A DNA stretch of 64,000 nucleotides from Urechidicola sp. GTDB taxonomy: Bacteria; Bacteroidota; Bacteroidia; Flavobacteriales; Flavobacteriaceae. Shown here piece by piece: positions 49,279-60,228 of the stretch; within the stretch, counting starts at the first letter, position 1; each line of letters opens with the position of its first letter. Made by a program: the position numbers and the translations under genes. The notes beneath the pieces were generated by a model. The model saw nothing but the letters and a program-made list of their open reading frames with translations, was not told the origin of the DNA and ran no database searches. Location: contig JAQRMW010000277.1 in assembly GCA_028599075.1 (NCBI GenBank), forward strand, positions 4,272 to 68,271, written 5' to 3'.

Positions 49279-51324
49279 ATGAAGAAAATTTTGAATAGAC
49301 TGCTCCAAAATCACTCGTTGATTTATAAAATATTTTTATACATCGCAACAGTGGTGTTGATCGTGTTCTTATTTCCTAAAGGAGGAAAGTTTAAATATGA
49401 TTATTTTAAAGGAAAACCTTGGCAATATGAAAACTACTATGCGCCCTTTAGTTTTGCAATACAAAAATCAACAGATGAGATTTCTTTAGAAAGACAAAAT
49501 ATTATTGATAATACAAAATTATATTTTTCTTATGACCAAGAGATTATAGATGAAGTAAAAAGAAATTTTATTGATGGTGTTGAAAATACTCAATATTCTG
49601 AAAATTTTGGTAGGGTATTTAATAATAAAGGTATTGAAATTATTGACTTGGTCTATAAAGTGGGGTTTGTTGATGGGCAAAGTGAGCAATTGCTAAATGG
49701 TGTTGATTTTGTAAACCTCAGAAATGGTATCGAGGTACAAAAGGTAAATTCTTCAAAATTATTTAAGTCTAGTCAGCTACTTTCTTTTATAAATGAAGAA
49801 TTAAATTCAATTCAATCTGCAGAGGCGCGTGTACTCTTGCTTAATATTTTATCAAAGGTAATAAAGCCTAATGTTCGCTTTGATAAAGTTTTTACTGATA
49901 AGGTTAAAGAAACTGCGTTGAACCAGATTTCAGACGTAAGTGGGCAGGTATCCGAAAACGAATTAATTATATCTAGAGGTGATTTAGTTAAAGGTGAAGA
50001 ATTAGCAAAGTTAAACTCAATAAAAAGAGAGTTAGAATCTAAAGTTTGGAGTGAGTCAAATTATAATTGGGTTGTTTTAGGTTATTCAATTTTGGTCGCT
50101 CTTGCCCTATTAATGATATTATTATTTTTAAGGAAGTACCGTTCTGACGTTTTTGAGAATAATAGCAAAACAACCTTGATTTTTATTAATGTTTTATTGA
50201 TGGTATTTCTAATTACCATGATTGTAAAATTCGATGCGAAATTTGTATATGCTGTCCCTCTCTGTGCATTACCAATTATTTTAAAAGCTTTCTTTGATGC
50301 CAGATTAGGGTTATTTGTGCATGTACTTACGGTCTTGCTTTTAGGATTTGTTGTACCTAACAGTTTCGAATTTATCTTTTTGCAAATTATTGCAGGAATG
50401 GTAACCATACTAACTGTATCAGAATTGTACAAAAGGGTGAACCTGTTTATTTCAATTTCTCAAATCACTTTTATTTATATGATTGCCTACGTGGCTTTTA
50501 CCATCATACAAGTAGGGAATATTTATGAGCTAAACTGGTTTTACTTCGGATTATTTGCTTTTAGTGGAGTCTTAGCATTTTTATCTACACTCTTAATTTT
50601 TGTTTATGAACGATTGTTTGGTTTGGTGTCTGATGTTTCTTTATTAGAATTATCAAATACAAATTCAGTGCTTTTAAGAAAATTAGCTGAAGAAGCTCCA
50701 GGAACTTTTCAACATTCTATGCAGGTAGCTAATCTAGCTGAGGCAGTTGCTAATGAAATTAATGCCAATGCAATGCTTGTTAGAACCGGAGCTTTGTATC
50801 ATGATATTGGCAAATTAACAAACCCGATGTATTTTACAGAAAATCAAATTACAAGTGTAAATCCACACAACGACTTAACAAATGTTGATAGTGCAGGAAT
50901 CATCATTCATCATGTTATTGACGGAATTGAATTAGCAAAAAAGCATAGACTTCCAGATCGGATTATTGATTTCATAAGAACACATCACGGTACTAGCCTA
51001 GTTTATTATTTTTATTCTCAAGAAAAAAAGATAAACCCAGATTCAGTTGATATTGATAAATTCAGATATCCTGGACCGATTCCTTTTTCTAAAGAAACAG
51101 CTATTTTAATGATGTGCGATTCGGTAGAAGCTGCATCAAAAAGTATTAAAGAGCCTACAGCACAAGCAATTGATGATTTAATTGAGAAAATAGTTTCTGG
51201 TCAAATGGCAAACAATCAATTTATCAATGCCGACATTACTTTTAGAGATATTGAACTGGTTAAAAAGGTGTTGAAAAAGAAATTAAAAAACATTTATCAC
51301 CTTAGAATAGAGTACCCAGAATAA
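49279..51324 (+). CDS. 7TM-receptor HD/HDIG phosphohydrolase (PgpH-like)
   Basis: An extracellular N-terminal domain is followed by about 7 TM segments and a C-terminal HD domain (HSMQVANLAE...GALYHDIGK...HHG). Confidence 0.85.
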   Translation: MKKILNRLLQNHSLIYKIFLYIATVVLIVFLFPKGGKFKYDYFKGKPWQYENYYAPFSFAIQKSTDEISLERQNIIDNTKLYFSYDQEIIDEVKRNFIDGVENTQYSENFGRVFNNKGIEIIDLVYKVGFVDGQSEQLLNGVDFVNLRNGIEVQKVNSSKLFKSSQLLSFINEELNSIQSAEARVLLLNILSKVIKPNVRFDKVFTDKVKETALNQISDVSGQVSENELIISRGDLVKGEELAKLNSIKRELESKVWSESNYNWVVLGYSILVALALLMILLFLRKYRSDVFENNSKTTLIFINVLLMVFLITMIVKFDAKFVYAVPLCALPIILKAFFDARLGLFVHVLTVLLLGFVVPNSFEFIFLQIIAGMVTILTVSELYKRVNLFISISQITFIYMIAYVAFTIIQVGNIYELNWFYFGLFAFSGVLAFLSTLLIFVYERLFGLVSDVSLLELSNTNSVLLRKLAEEAPGTFQHSMQVANLAEAVANEINANAMLVRTGALYHDIGKLTNPMYFTENQITSVNPHNDLTNVDSAGIIIHHVIDGIELAKKHRLPDRIIDFIRTHHGTSLVYYFYSQEKKINPDSVDIDKFRYPGPIPFSKETAILMMCDSVEAASKSIKEPTAQAIDDLIEKIVSGQMANNQFINADITFRDIELVKKVLKKKLKNIYHLRIEYPE

Positions 51325-51359
51325 ATAAAATATTATTTATCAAATATCTTAAAAAAAGG

Positions 51360-51390
51360 TTGTGATTTTGTTATTGTAATACTACATTTG
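51360..51390 (+). promoter_or_regulatory. candidate Bacteroidota sigma-A promoter for the tRNA cluster
   Basis: TTG (51360-51362), a 20-nt spacer, then TACATTTG (51383-51390), which fits the -33 TTG / -7 TAnnTTTG consensus. It lies about 36 nt upstream of tRNA-Ser. Confidence 0.4.
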
Positions 51391-51425
51391 CACTCGCAAA
51401 AATAAGTTCTTTGCATAATAAAAAT

Positions 51426-51512
51426 GGAGAGGTGCCAGAGTGGTCGATCGGGGCTCCCTGCTAAGGAGTTGTACCTTTACGGGTACCGGGGGTTCGAATC
51501 CCTTCCTCTCCG
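51426..51512 (+). tRNA. tRNA-Ser (anticodon GCU)
   Basis: GGAGAGG/CCTCTCC acceptor stem, anticodon loop CUGCUAA, long variable arm (GTACC tttac GGGTAC) and a TTCGAAT T-loop. Confidence 0.9.
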
Positions 51513-51534
51513 CATTTTTATTAGATGACTATTT

Positions 51535-51609
51535 CGGGGTGTAGCGTAGCCCGGTTATCGCGCCTCGTTTGGGACGAGGAGGTCGCAGGTTCGAATCCTG
51601 CCACCCCGA
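51535..51609 (+). tRNA. tRNA-Pro (anticodon UGG)
   Basis: CGGGGTG/CACCCCG acceptor stem, CCTCG-TTTGGGA-CGAGG anticodon arm and a GCAGG-TTCGAAT-CCTGC T-arm. Confidence 0.9.
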
Positions 51610-51617
51610 CAATTAAT

Positions 51618-51691
<74 letters not shown>

Positions 51692-51692
51692 C

Positions 51693-51726
51693 AAAAAAGC
51701 CTTAACATAATTGTTAAGGCTTTTTT
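51693..51726. terminator. bidirectional rho-independent terminator after the tRNA cluster
   Basis: AAAAAAGCCTTAACA taa TTGTTAAGGCTTTTTT. Confidence 0.9.
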
Positions 51727-51731
51727 ATTTT

Positions 51732-52289
51732 CTATAAATATTGTTGAGCTATCCTTTCTTCTGGATATTTTCCTTTTACACCCTTATAAAACTCTTGAAT
51801 AAATTTCATGTCCTCATCCAATGATTCGGTAGGATAAAAAGGTTTTGAAAGTGCTACTTGCTTTTTGCCAAAATCAAAAGTAAACATAACTATAGGCACC
51901 TTTGCTCCTTTAGCTATATAATAAAAACCTGTTTTCCATTGAGCAACTTTCTTACGGGTTCCTTCTGGTGATAGGGCTAAACGAAAATATTCTTTACTGT
52001 TGAATACTTGAACAATAGCATCGACCAAATTATTGCTTTTACTTCTATCTACAGGCGTACCTCCTAGTTTTCTAAATATATATCCGAAAGGCGGATTAAA
52101 TAGTGATGCCTTACCTATAAAGTTTATTTTTTCATTTAAAATTGAACGCACAAACATCCCAATTACAAAATCCCAATAACTTGTATGTGGTGCTCCTATT
52201 ACCACATACTTTTTTAAATCAGCTGGAAAAGTCCCAACGATTTTCCAACCGAATAGTTTTGTGTAAATAAATTTTGAAAGGATTTGCAT
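51732..52289 (-). CDS. PlsC-like 1-acyl-sn-glycerol-3-phosphate acyltransferase family protein
   Basis: HX4D acyltransferase motif (APHTSYWD) and a downstream PEGTR motif. Confidence 0.8.
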   Translation of the reverse strand: MQILSKFIYTKLFGWKIVGTFPADLKKYVVIGAPHTSYWDFVIGMFVRSILNEKINFIGKASLFNPPFGYIFRKLGGTPVDRSKSNNLVDAIVQVFNSKEYFRLALSPEGTRKKVAQWKTGFYYIAKGAKVPIVMFTFDFGKKQVALSKPFYPTESLDEDMKFIQEFYKGVKGKYPEERIAQQYL

Positions 52290-52381
52290 TGATGAAATAT
52301 TAATTAAAAATTCTTTTAATTTTAATGTTCACAAATATAAAACTCTTAATTTTATAAAATAATAACTATCTTCTTTTCATT

Positions 52382-53515
52382 ATGGAAATTTTCTTACAAG
52401 TATTAATATTAATAGGTATATCTGGGACCATATTCTATTTATACAAAACCAATTCAGATAAAAAATCTTCTAATAAGACTGAGGTTGATGCAATAAAAAT
52501 ACAGTTACAACTTAACAAAGATCTCCGTGATGAAATTCAAAACATCAGAAAAGAAGTAAATATAAATGCCGAAAAAGGAAGAGCAGAAATTGAAAGTAAA
52601 TTAACAGATATTAATAAGGAGATAAATAGTTTTCATAAAATCTCTAAATCTGATATGCAAAAACAATTCTCTGATTCTAATAAAGTAATTACTGAAGTTA
52701 CTAAAGAATTACAGAAAATAAAAGGTACTAACGAACAGGTATTAAATTTTGCCAATCAAATGAAAAGCTTGGAGAAGATTCTAAGCAATCAAAAACAAAG
52801 AGGTATTTTAGGAGAAATTCAATTAGAAAATTTATTGGCTAATGTGTTGCCTCCTGAATTATTTCAAATGGAATATAGTTTTTCTAATGGAGAAGCTGTT
52901 GATGCCATTGTAAAAATAGGTGATTTTATTATTCCTGTTGATGCAAAATTCTCTTTAGACAATTACAATAGAATGATTGAAAGTGAGGACAAATCAGAAA
53001 TCGAAGAACTCGAAAAAAGTTTTAAGGGAGATATTAAAAAGCGAATTGATGAAACTGCTAAATATATTCGTCCAAATGAAAATACTACTGATTATGCTTA
53101 TATGTTTATTCCTGCTGATGGATTGTATCAAGATTTATTAAATAGCAGAGTGGGTTCATTAAAAATAAATTCAAAAGATTTGGTAAGTTATGCTTACACA
53201 AAAAAGGTAATGATTGTATCACCAATGAGTTTGTTTCCTATGCTGCAAATAACTGTAAAAGCTTTACACAACTTAAAGGTTGAAAATTCAATAAAAGATA
53301 TTCAAAATAATATTGAAAAACTAGGCAACCATTTAAAAGCTTACAAAGTTTACCATGATAAATTAGGAAACACTATTGGTACTGTTGTAAATCATTATAA
53401 CAACTCATCGAAAGAATTTAAAAAAATTGATAAAGATGTTTTGAAAATTTCAGAAGGCAAAAGTCAAATTGATTTTGAAACAGAACTTTTAGACAGACCA
53501 CAGCTAAATGAATAA
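52382..53515 (+). CDS. rmuC: DNA recombination protein RmuC
   Basis: An N-terminal TM segment and coiled coil, followed by an RmuC nuclease-like core (RGILGEIQLENLL...PVDAKFSLDNY...MFIPADGLY). Confidence 0.9.
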   Translation: MEIFLQVLILIGISGTIFYLYKTNSDKKSSNKTEVDAIKIQLQLNKDLRDEIQNIRKEVNINAEKGRAEIESKLTDINKEINSFHKISKSDMQKQFSDSNKVITEVTKELQKIKGTNEQVLNFANQMKSLEKILSNQKQRGILGEIQLENLLANVLPPELFQMEYSFSNGEAVDAIVKIGDFIIPVDAKFSLDNYNRMIESEDKSEIEELEKSFKGDIKKRIDETAKYIRPNENTTDYAYMFIPADGLYQDLLNSRVGSLKINSKDLVSYAYTKKVMIVSPMSLFPMLQITVKALHNLKVENSIKDIQNNIEKLGNHLKAYKVYHDKLGNTIGTVVNHYNNSSKEFKKIDKDVLKISEGKSQIDFETELLDRPQLNE

Positions 53516-55231
53516 TTAATCTAAAACAATTTTTCGAGTGATTGTTTTGTTATCAACCAAACATTTTAAGAAATATAATCCTGAAGAAAAGTTTGACACA
53601 TCAATTTTTATAATACTACTATCAGCACTTTTAACTATTACTCTCTTCCCTAATAAATCATATAGCTCAACTATGCTGTTTTCGCTATTTGCATTTTTTA
53701 ATTGAATATTTAATTGGTTCTTTACAGGGTTAGGAAATACTTGAATTGATATATCATTAAATTCATCAACAGATAGGGATTCACCCTCTTGAACAGTTAA
53801 TGATTGATTAACTGAAACGTTTGTAAAGTAATCTACTGTACCACTTAACCAAGTTATTTTTAAATAGTCAATTGTAGTTTCAGTGCCTAGACCAATAAAC
53901 TCAGTGTTTGAGTTTTGTCCTATGTAGCCTTCGCCATTTAAAGTGTATCTATATTGAGTTTTTCCTCCAGCACTTATTTCTATTTTACTACCAATTCCAT
54001 CTTTATTACTAGTAACTCCCTGTAATTTTAATTTTAACCAATTGTTAGAATTTGTTGTTGTATTTTCCCATAAAAAATTATTATCAGTATCATTCATTAC
54101 AATGATATCTGGTAAACCATCATTATTAAAATCTCCTATCGCATTAGAAAAACTAGTAAGCACATCTCCAGAAAACCCAATTCCGGAAGGAATTGAAAAT
54201 GTGTCATCTCCTTGATTTTCATAAAAAGCAGACGGAAGCAATGACGGAACACTTCCATCAAAAATTCCACTCACGTACAAATCTAAATTCGAATCGTTAT
54301 CAGCATCTAAAAACACTGCACCCCAAGCGATACTCTCAAAAGCCACCCCAATAAATGGAGCAACATTTGTAAAAGTTCCATCTCCATTATTATTTAAAAG
54401 CTGATTACCCCCCGTAGTATTGGTGACATATATATCGAACCAACCATCATTATTATAATCGCCAATAGTTGTTGACATTGCATCAATAGCAATACCAGCA
54501 CCACTAGTCAAAGAAACGTCCGTAAACGTACCATCACCATCATTTTCATAAAGCCTATTAATATTTGCAATTTTATCATTCGCTACATATATATCTTGGT
54601 AACCATCATTGTTATAATCAAAAAATGCAGAAGTAAAAGAAACTTGATTGCCTAAATTAATTCCTGCACTCGAAGTAATTTCAACATAGGTTCCACTATC
54701 ATTTCTATATAAATAATTATATTGATTAAAAGTAACATCATCTCTATTACATATAAAAACATCTAAATCACCATCATTATCAATATCGCCAAATGAAGCC
54801 CCATAGGTATATTTATTATCTGTAAAAAGTCCACAGGTTGCAGTAATATCTGTAAAGTTCATACTACCATCATTCTCGTAGAACTTATTTAATCCTGAAA
54901 TACTTGTTGCAAAAAAATCTTTATCACCATCACTATCATAATCAATCCAAATTACTTGTTTGGTTCTATAAGTATCATTTATCCCAAGATCAATTAATGT
55001 AAAAGTGCCATTATTATTTTTATAAAAATAGACCTCTTCTCCATCTGTTGTAGAATAGGTTATATCATCCCAACCATCACCATCAAAATCACAAAAAGAG
55101 ACACCGCCACCATAAGTGCTTACCCCATAAGAGACTCCAACTCCATTGGCAGTAGCACTTTCTTGAAAAGATAATTGCGCCCAAGAAAAATTAAAAGTTA
55201 ATAGAAAAATAAGTGTAATTCTTTTAATCAT
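53516..55231 (-). CDS. FG-GAP/VCBS-repeat plus ASPIC/UnbV (CRTAC1-like) protein with a T9SS C-terminal sorting domain
   Basis: Seven DxDxDGxxD-type repeats (e.g. GDIDNDGDLDVF), a UnbV-like block (NNWLKLKLQG...NKDGIGSKIE) and the CTD VFPNPVKNQL...GLYFLKC. Confidence 0.85.
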   Translation of the reverse strand: MIKRITLIFLLTFNFSWAQLSFQESATANGVGVSYGVSTYGGGVSFCDFDGDGWDDITYSTTDGEEVYFYKNNNGTFTLIDLGINDTYRTKQVIWIDYDSDGDKDFFATSISGLNKFYENDGSMNFTDITATCGLFTDNKYTYGASFGDIDNDGDLDVFICNRDDVTFNQYNYLYRNDSGTYVEITSSAGINLGNQVSFTSAFFDYNNDGYQDIYVANDKIANINRLYENDGDGTFTDVSLTSGAGIAIDAMSTTIGDYNNDGWFDIYVTNTTGGNQLLNNNGDGTFTNVAPFIGVAFESIAWGAVFLDADNDSNLDLYVSGIFDGSVPSLLPSAFYENQGDDTFSIPSGIGFSGDVLTSFSNAIGDFNNDGLPDIIVMNDTDNNFLWENTTTNSNNWLKLKLQGVTSNKDGIGSKIEISAGGKTQYRYTLNGEGYIGQNSNTEFIGLGTETTIDYLKITWLSGTVDYFTNVSVNQSLTVQEGESLSVDEFNDISIQVFPNPVKNQLNIQLKNANSENSIVELYDLLGKRVIVKSADSSIIKIDVSNFSSGLYFLKCLVDNKTITRKIVLD

Positions 55232-55277
55232 TTTAGCTTGAATTTTAAAGTGTCTAAATTACAAACATTTAGTCAAT

Positions 55278-55315
55278 AAAAAAACCCACTCTAATCTAAA
55301 GCAAAGAGAGGGTTT
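55278..55315 (-). terminator. rho-independent terminator downstream of glyA
   Basis: The minus strand reads AAACCCUCUCU ... AGAGUGGGUUU (one mismatch) followed by UUUUUUU. Confidence 0.65.
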
Positions 55316-55336
55316 AGAAGTTAGGTACTCTTATCT

Positions 55337-56611
55337 TTACATTTTAAACAACGGTCTATGACTCATCATTGCATTTACTTTTTCGGAAACAGCTTCTAGC
55401 ACTTCTTCGTTTTCAAAATTAGTAATCACTTCATCAATTAATTCAACAATAGCATCCATTTCATTTTCTACCATTCCTCGAGAAGTTACTGCAGCAGAGC
55501 CAATTCTAATTCCGCTTGTTACAAACGGAGATTTATCATCAAACGGCACCATGTTTTTGTTTACTGTTATGTCTGCTTTTACCAATGCTTGCTCAGCATC
55601 TTTACCAGAAATATTTTTATTTCTCAAATCGATCAGCATCATATGATTGTCTGTTCCACCAGAAATTAATTTATATCCTCTATCTACAAAAGATTTTGCT
55701 AAAGCAGCAGCATTCTTTTTTAGTTGGACTTGATAATGTAAAAACTCATCTGTCAAAGCTTCTCCAAAAGCAATAGCTTTAGCAGCAATTACATGTTCTA
55801 ATGGGCCGCCTTGCATTCCAGGGAATACTGCAGAGTTCATAATTGTTGACATCATTTTTGGTTTTCCACTTTTAAAAGTTTCACCCCAAGGATTTGGAAA
55901 ATCTTTACCAATCATGATCATACCACCTCTTGGACCACGCAATGTTTTATGGGTAGTTGTTGTAACAATATGGCAATGAGGCATTGGATCATTTAAAATT
56001 CCTTTTGCTATTAATCCTGCTGGATGAGAAATATCAGCCAACAACAAAGCATCAACGCTATCAGCAATTTCTCTAAATTTTGCAAAGTCAATATCACGAG
56101 AATAAGAAGAAGCTCCTGCAATAATTAAATTTGGTTTTTCTGCGGTTGCAGTTTCCTGAATTTTATCATAATTCAAAACTCCTGTTTCTTCCTCTACTCC
56201 ATAAAACGAAGTTTTAAAAAGTTTACCAGAAAAGTTTACTGGTGACCCATGAGTTAAATGTCCTCCATGAGATAAATCGAAGCCCAAAATTTTATCACCA
56301 GGTTTTAAAATTGCATGATACGCAGCTGCATTAGCTTGAGATCCTGAATGTGGTTGCACATTTACATACTCTGCACCAAACAATTCTTTTGCTCTATCAA
56401 TAGCAATTTGTTCAACAACATCAACTACTTCACAACCACCATAATAACGTTTTCCAGGATACCCTTCAGCATATTTGTTTGTGAGCACAGAACCCATAGC
56501 TTCCATCACAGGTTCGCTTACAAAGTTTTCTGAAGCAATTAATTCGATTCCGTTTAGTTGTCTGTTTTTTTCGTCTTCTATTAAGTCAAAAATGATTTGA
56601 TCTCTTTGCAT
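55337..56611 (-). CDS. glyA: serine hydroxymethyltransferase
   Basis: [24 protein letters not shown] and the PLP-Lys context [14 protein letters not shown]. Confidence 0.95.
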   Translation of the reverse strand: MQRDQIIFDLIEDEKNRQLNGIELIASENFVSEPVMEAMGSVLTNKYAEGYPGKRYYGGCEVVDVVEQIAIDRAKELFGAEYVNVQPHSGSQANAAAYHAILKPGDKILGFDLSHGGHLTHGSPVNFSGKLFKTSFYGVEEETGVLNYDKIQETATAEKPNLIIAGASSYSRDIDFAKFREIADSVDALLLADISHPAGLIAKGILNDPMPHCHIVTTTTHKTLRGPRGGMIMIGKDFPNPWGETFKSGKPKMMSTIMNSAVFPGMQGGPLEHVIAAKAIAFGEALTDEFLHYQVQLKKNAAALAKSFVDRGYKLISGGTDNHMMLIDLRNKNISGKDAEQALVKADITVNKNMVPFDDKSPFVTSGIRIGSAAVTSRGMVENEMDAIVELIDEVITNFENEEVLEAVSEKVNAMMSHRPLFKM

Positions 56612-56868
56612 ATTGTTACTATTAATAAGGATTAAAAATAAGTCACAAAAATAATCAATTAAGAAGTGATAGAATAAAAAACTTATGGAATTGAATTAAA
56701 TAGAAAATGATGTTTCATTTAAAATGAATTCTCTATTTTTAGGAACAATAAATAATGAATCCATAAAATTATTATTTAAATTAAAATACTTGTTATAGTA
56801 ATTATTACTTATAGTATCTTAGTCTCAAAAGCCAACAAACAATTATGCTGAATTACTATTATGAATCT

Positions 56869-57636
56869 ATGAGTAAATTAAAATTAATTAAATTTCTTTT
56901 TACTTTTTTGGCTTTTTCTCATTATCAATTTAATTATAGTCAATCTGATTCATATAAAACTGATGATGTTATTTCTAATCATAATGACTCATCATCAAGT
57001 GAAATAATAGAAGCGTCTAATTTAAATTTCACCTCCAAAGAAAAGAAGCTTAAAAAATTTAAATTGAGTGTAAATGATAAAACAAAATTCAAAGATTTTA
57101 GCTTTCACGAAAAAATTTATACGCTAAACTATCCTGTTGAGTTGGTTTGGGATACTTACCAAAATACAAAACCAACTGATTGTTGGTCTGGACCATTAAC
57201 TGTCTATAAAAATTCTTCTTTGGATTCATCATTTCATAATTTTAAAGAGGTAAACCACCCAGTATTTAGTGAAGGTAGTATTTACTTGGTTAGGCTTAAG
57301 CTAATTCCATTGGTTAAAATAACTGTCATTTTTAAATTAACAAAACTAAACCAATCTGAAAGGATAATTGAAATGACTTATGGAATGGATAACACATCTC
57401 ACGGCAAACAAACAATTCAATTTATTGCAGATGGTGATAAAACTTTAATCAAGCACACTGCCTATTTTAAAAGTAAAAGCAAGTTTAGAGATAAATATTT
57501 GTATCCCAAATTTCATGTTAAATATATTGATGAATTTCATGAAAATATCCAAAAAAATTTAATTGATAATAGTGTAGATAATGCTATTACAAATCTGGAA
57601 CCAGTTGAGTTGGTGCTAGAGGTTATTGATTTGTAA
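56869..57636 (+). CDS. hypothetical secreted protein
   Basis: ORF with a signal-like N-terminus (MSKLKLIKFLFTFLAF). An alternative upstream ATG is at 56845. I recognise no family with confidence. Confidence 0.5.
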   Translation: MSKLKLIKFLFTFLAFSHYQFNYSQSDSYKTDDVISNHNDSSSSEIIEASNLNFTSKEKKLKKFKLSVNDKTKFKDFSFHEKIYTLNYPVELVWDTYQNTKPTDCWSGPLTVYKNSSLDSSFHNFKEVNHPVFSEGSIYLVRLKLIPLVKITVIFKLTKLNQSERIIEMTYGMDNTSHGKQTIQFIADGDKTLIKHTAYFKSKSKFRDKYLYPKFHVKYIDEFHENIQKNLIDNSVDNAITNLEPVELVLEVIDL

Positions 57637-57755
57637 ATTAATTACTAACATCGTCATTAATATCTAGCAGCCAACTCAATTACAATGCAAAAATCTAAAT
57701 TATATTTTTGGAATAGTTCTTGATATAATCCAGCGAACTTAAAAACCAATTTATT

Positions 57756-60218
57756 ATGCTTTCAAAAAATTACTATGCAAAAAATCTTCACAATTCTTTC
57801 TCAACAAAAAACTATCTATTCTTTCTTCTCATTTTAATTTCTATTTCAGCATTCAGTCAAAAAAAGATTAATACTGTTACAAAGTCATTTGTTGAAACCA
57901 ATAGTTACTTGCACGAACTTCAAATTGAAAAATTCTTTTTACATACCAATAAAACGGTATATATGCCGGGTGAAAAAGTTTGGTTTAAGGCTTATATTGT
58001 TAATGATGCCGATAACAAGCCATCGCTAACAACAACTAACCTCCATATTAATGTGTATGATGCTAATAAAAAAATTGTTTCTAATCATTTATTTTTAGTA
58101 AAAGACGGAACAACTCATGGCGACATTATGCTTGACAAAGAATTAGCTGCAGGTAATTATTTTATAGAACTCACTACTCAATGGAATCAGAATTTTAAAA
58201 ATAATAATTCGATTACTAAAATATATGTCGTAAGTAATTTAGAGGATGTTTCTCACCGCTTTGAAAATGAAAATAATCAAGACTTTCAGATTGAGTTCTT
58301 TCCTGAAAGCAATTTGTTTTTAGAAAATATTGAAAACAGCATTGCTTTTACAGCACAGAATAGCTCAACTCCAATTACTATTAGTGGAAATATCATTGAT
58401 GATAAAACAGGAATTATTGTGGCTAAAATAAATAGTAATTATTTTGGAATGGGTAAATTTGAACTCTACAACCGCCCAAATAGAAGCTATACTGCTTTTG
58501 TAAATTATAATGGTTTACAAAAAGAGTTTCCGTTACCACAAACCAACTCTAAAGGAATAATTGTTAAAAAAGATGAAGAACAAGCTGACGCCAAAAGCAT
58601 TGACCTCATTTTAAAAACAAATGAAGCTACTATCAAGTCAGAAGCTGGTGATTATGTTTTTGCAGTATTGCACAGAAACGGTAGACAAAATGTAATTGTG
58701 CCGATTAAACTTAAAAAGAGATACATTAACTACTCGTTTAATATTCTAAAAGAAAACTTGTTTGATGGTGTAAATACCATCAGTCTATTTAATAATCAAA
58801 ATGAGCCTATTTCAGAATTCTCATTTTATCACAGTAATGAAAAACAACTCCATTTAAACATTACCAAAATTGCTGAAGAGCAAGATTCATTGACCTTAAA
58901 TTTTGATTTAAAAAACAAGCTGTCTAAAGCTAATTTGAGTATTTCAATTTTACCTTCGGTTACAAAAATGCACCATAATCAATCAAATATAAATTCAGCC
59001 TTTTTGCTTGCACCCTATTTAGAAGATGCACACAAAAATTTACCTGAACTCATATCATCATCAAAAAGTGAAGAAAATATGAATTTACTACTTATGACAA
59101 ATGCGAAAAAGAATTCTCTATCTTATAAGAAAAAAGCAGCTTATCAAAAAGATTATGTGGTACTTGCCGAAAACGGAATGAGTATTAATGGAAATGTAAG
59201 TGCCAATGTTAGTGACTTAAATGGTTATAAGGTTATGCTATCATCACTTGAAAATGAACTGTTACTGATTGACACTATCGGGAATAGCAATAAATTTTCT
59301 TTTGATAATTTATTTTTAAAAAAACCAACTAAATACAAACTAGCACTATTAGATCATAATGGGGCAATTGTAAAAACAGGATTTAAATTGTCTAGTGAAT
59401 TAATTTCGTATGACACACCTGATGTATTGAATAAAAATATTGAAGCTATCAATTCTAAAAATGAAAATTCAAGAATGGTGATGGATTATGGTTCTTTACC
59501 TCTATTAGAAGATGTGACTTTACTTGATGAAATAACTTTAACTGTGCATCAAAAAATGCAAAATAAATTGACAGATTTAGGGTTGCCACCAGATATTTTA
59601 AGAAGTGAATTTTCTGATGTTTACCCTGTTAATGAGAATCTCATGGCATTAACTGTTTATGATTTTTTAGACAGACTTCCGGGGCTAACTCTAGTTGGAG
59701 ACCCGTATATTGGATTCCAAATTTATACAACAAGGGGTAAAGCTTCGATTACGGGCAATTCAACAGCAACAATTTTTATTGATGATATTCGCATGAATGA
59801 TTCAGAACCGTTGACATCTAGAAGTATTGATGATTTTATTGCTGTAACTGTTAACCCTTCTGGAGCTGGTGCAGGGATATATGGACAAGGCGGAGTTATA
59901 AGCTTCTATACAAAAACTGGAAAATACGGAGGCAATTTAGCAAGAGTAAACAAAGACATCATTTCTAGCGAAACTGATTTAGGTTTTGATACTGCCAACA
60001 AATACGAAAACAATTTAATGCAGTTTTCTGATATCATTTCTAGAAAATTTTATGGAACAATTGATTGGATTCCTAATTTTGAGGTTACACCTACTACTTC
60101 TAACCATTTAAAATTTAACACCAATGGCTACAAAAACTTTAAAGTAATTGTAAATGGAATGAATGAAAATGGTGAATTTGTTTATAAAGAAATCGATTTT
60201 AAAAGAGACGAAAACTAA
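57756..60218 (+). CDS. large secreted hypothetical protein (MG2-like N-terminal region; Plug-like C-terminal region)
   Basis: 820 aa with a signal peptide. TNKTVYMPGEKVWFKAYIVN resembles alpha-2-macroglobulin MG2 domains. LDRLPGLTLVG...ATIFIDDIRMND resembles TonB-dependent-receptor plug motifs. Both resemblances are from recollection. Confidence 0.6.
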   Translation: MLSKNYYAKNLHNSFSTKNYLFFLLILISISAFSQKKINTVTKSFVETNSYLHELQIEKFFLHTNKTVYMPGEKVWFKAYIVNDADNKPSLTTTNLHINVYDANKKIVSNHLFLVKDGTTHGDIMLDKELAAGNYFIELTTQWNQNFKNNNSITKIYVVSNLEDVSHRFENENNQDFQIEFFPESNLFLENIENSIAFTAQNSSTPITISGNIIDDKTGIIVAKINSNYFGMGKFELYNRPNRSYTAFVNYNGLQKEFPLPQTNSKGIIVKKDEEQADAKSIDLILKTNEATIKSEAGDYVFAVLHRNGRQNVIVPIKLKKRYINYSFNILKENLFDGVNTISLFNNQNEPISEFSFYHSNEKQLHLNITKIAEEQDSLTLNFDLKNKLSKANLSISILPSVTKMHHNQSNINSAFLLAPYLEDAHKNLPELISSSKSEENMNLLLMTNAKKNSLSYKKKAAYQKDYVVLAENGMSINGNVSANVSDLNGYKVMLSSLENELLLIDTIGNSNKFSFDNLFLKKPTKYKLALLDHNGAIVKTGFKLSSELISYDTPDVLNKNIEAINSKNENSRMVMDYGSLPLLEDVTLLDEITLTVHQKMQNKLTDLGLPPDILRSEFSDVYPVNENLMALTVYDFLDRLPGLTLVGDPYIGFQIYTTRGKASITGNSTATIFIDDIRMNDSEPLTSRSIDDFIAVTVNPSGAGAGIYGQGGVISFYTKTGKYGGNLARVNKDIISSETDLGFDTANKYENNLMQFSDIISRKFYGTIDWIPNFEVTPTTSNHLKFNTNGYKNFKVIVNGMNENGEFVYKEIDFKRDEN

Positions 60219-60228
60219 ATAGTTTTTT

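Noticed and set aside
52382-53515. rmuC as part of a defence or mobile island
   Set aside because: It stands alone between an acyltransferase gene and a T9SS cargo gene. No restriction, methylase, integrase or anti-phage partners are present.
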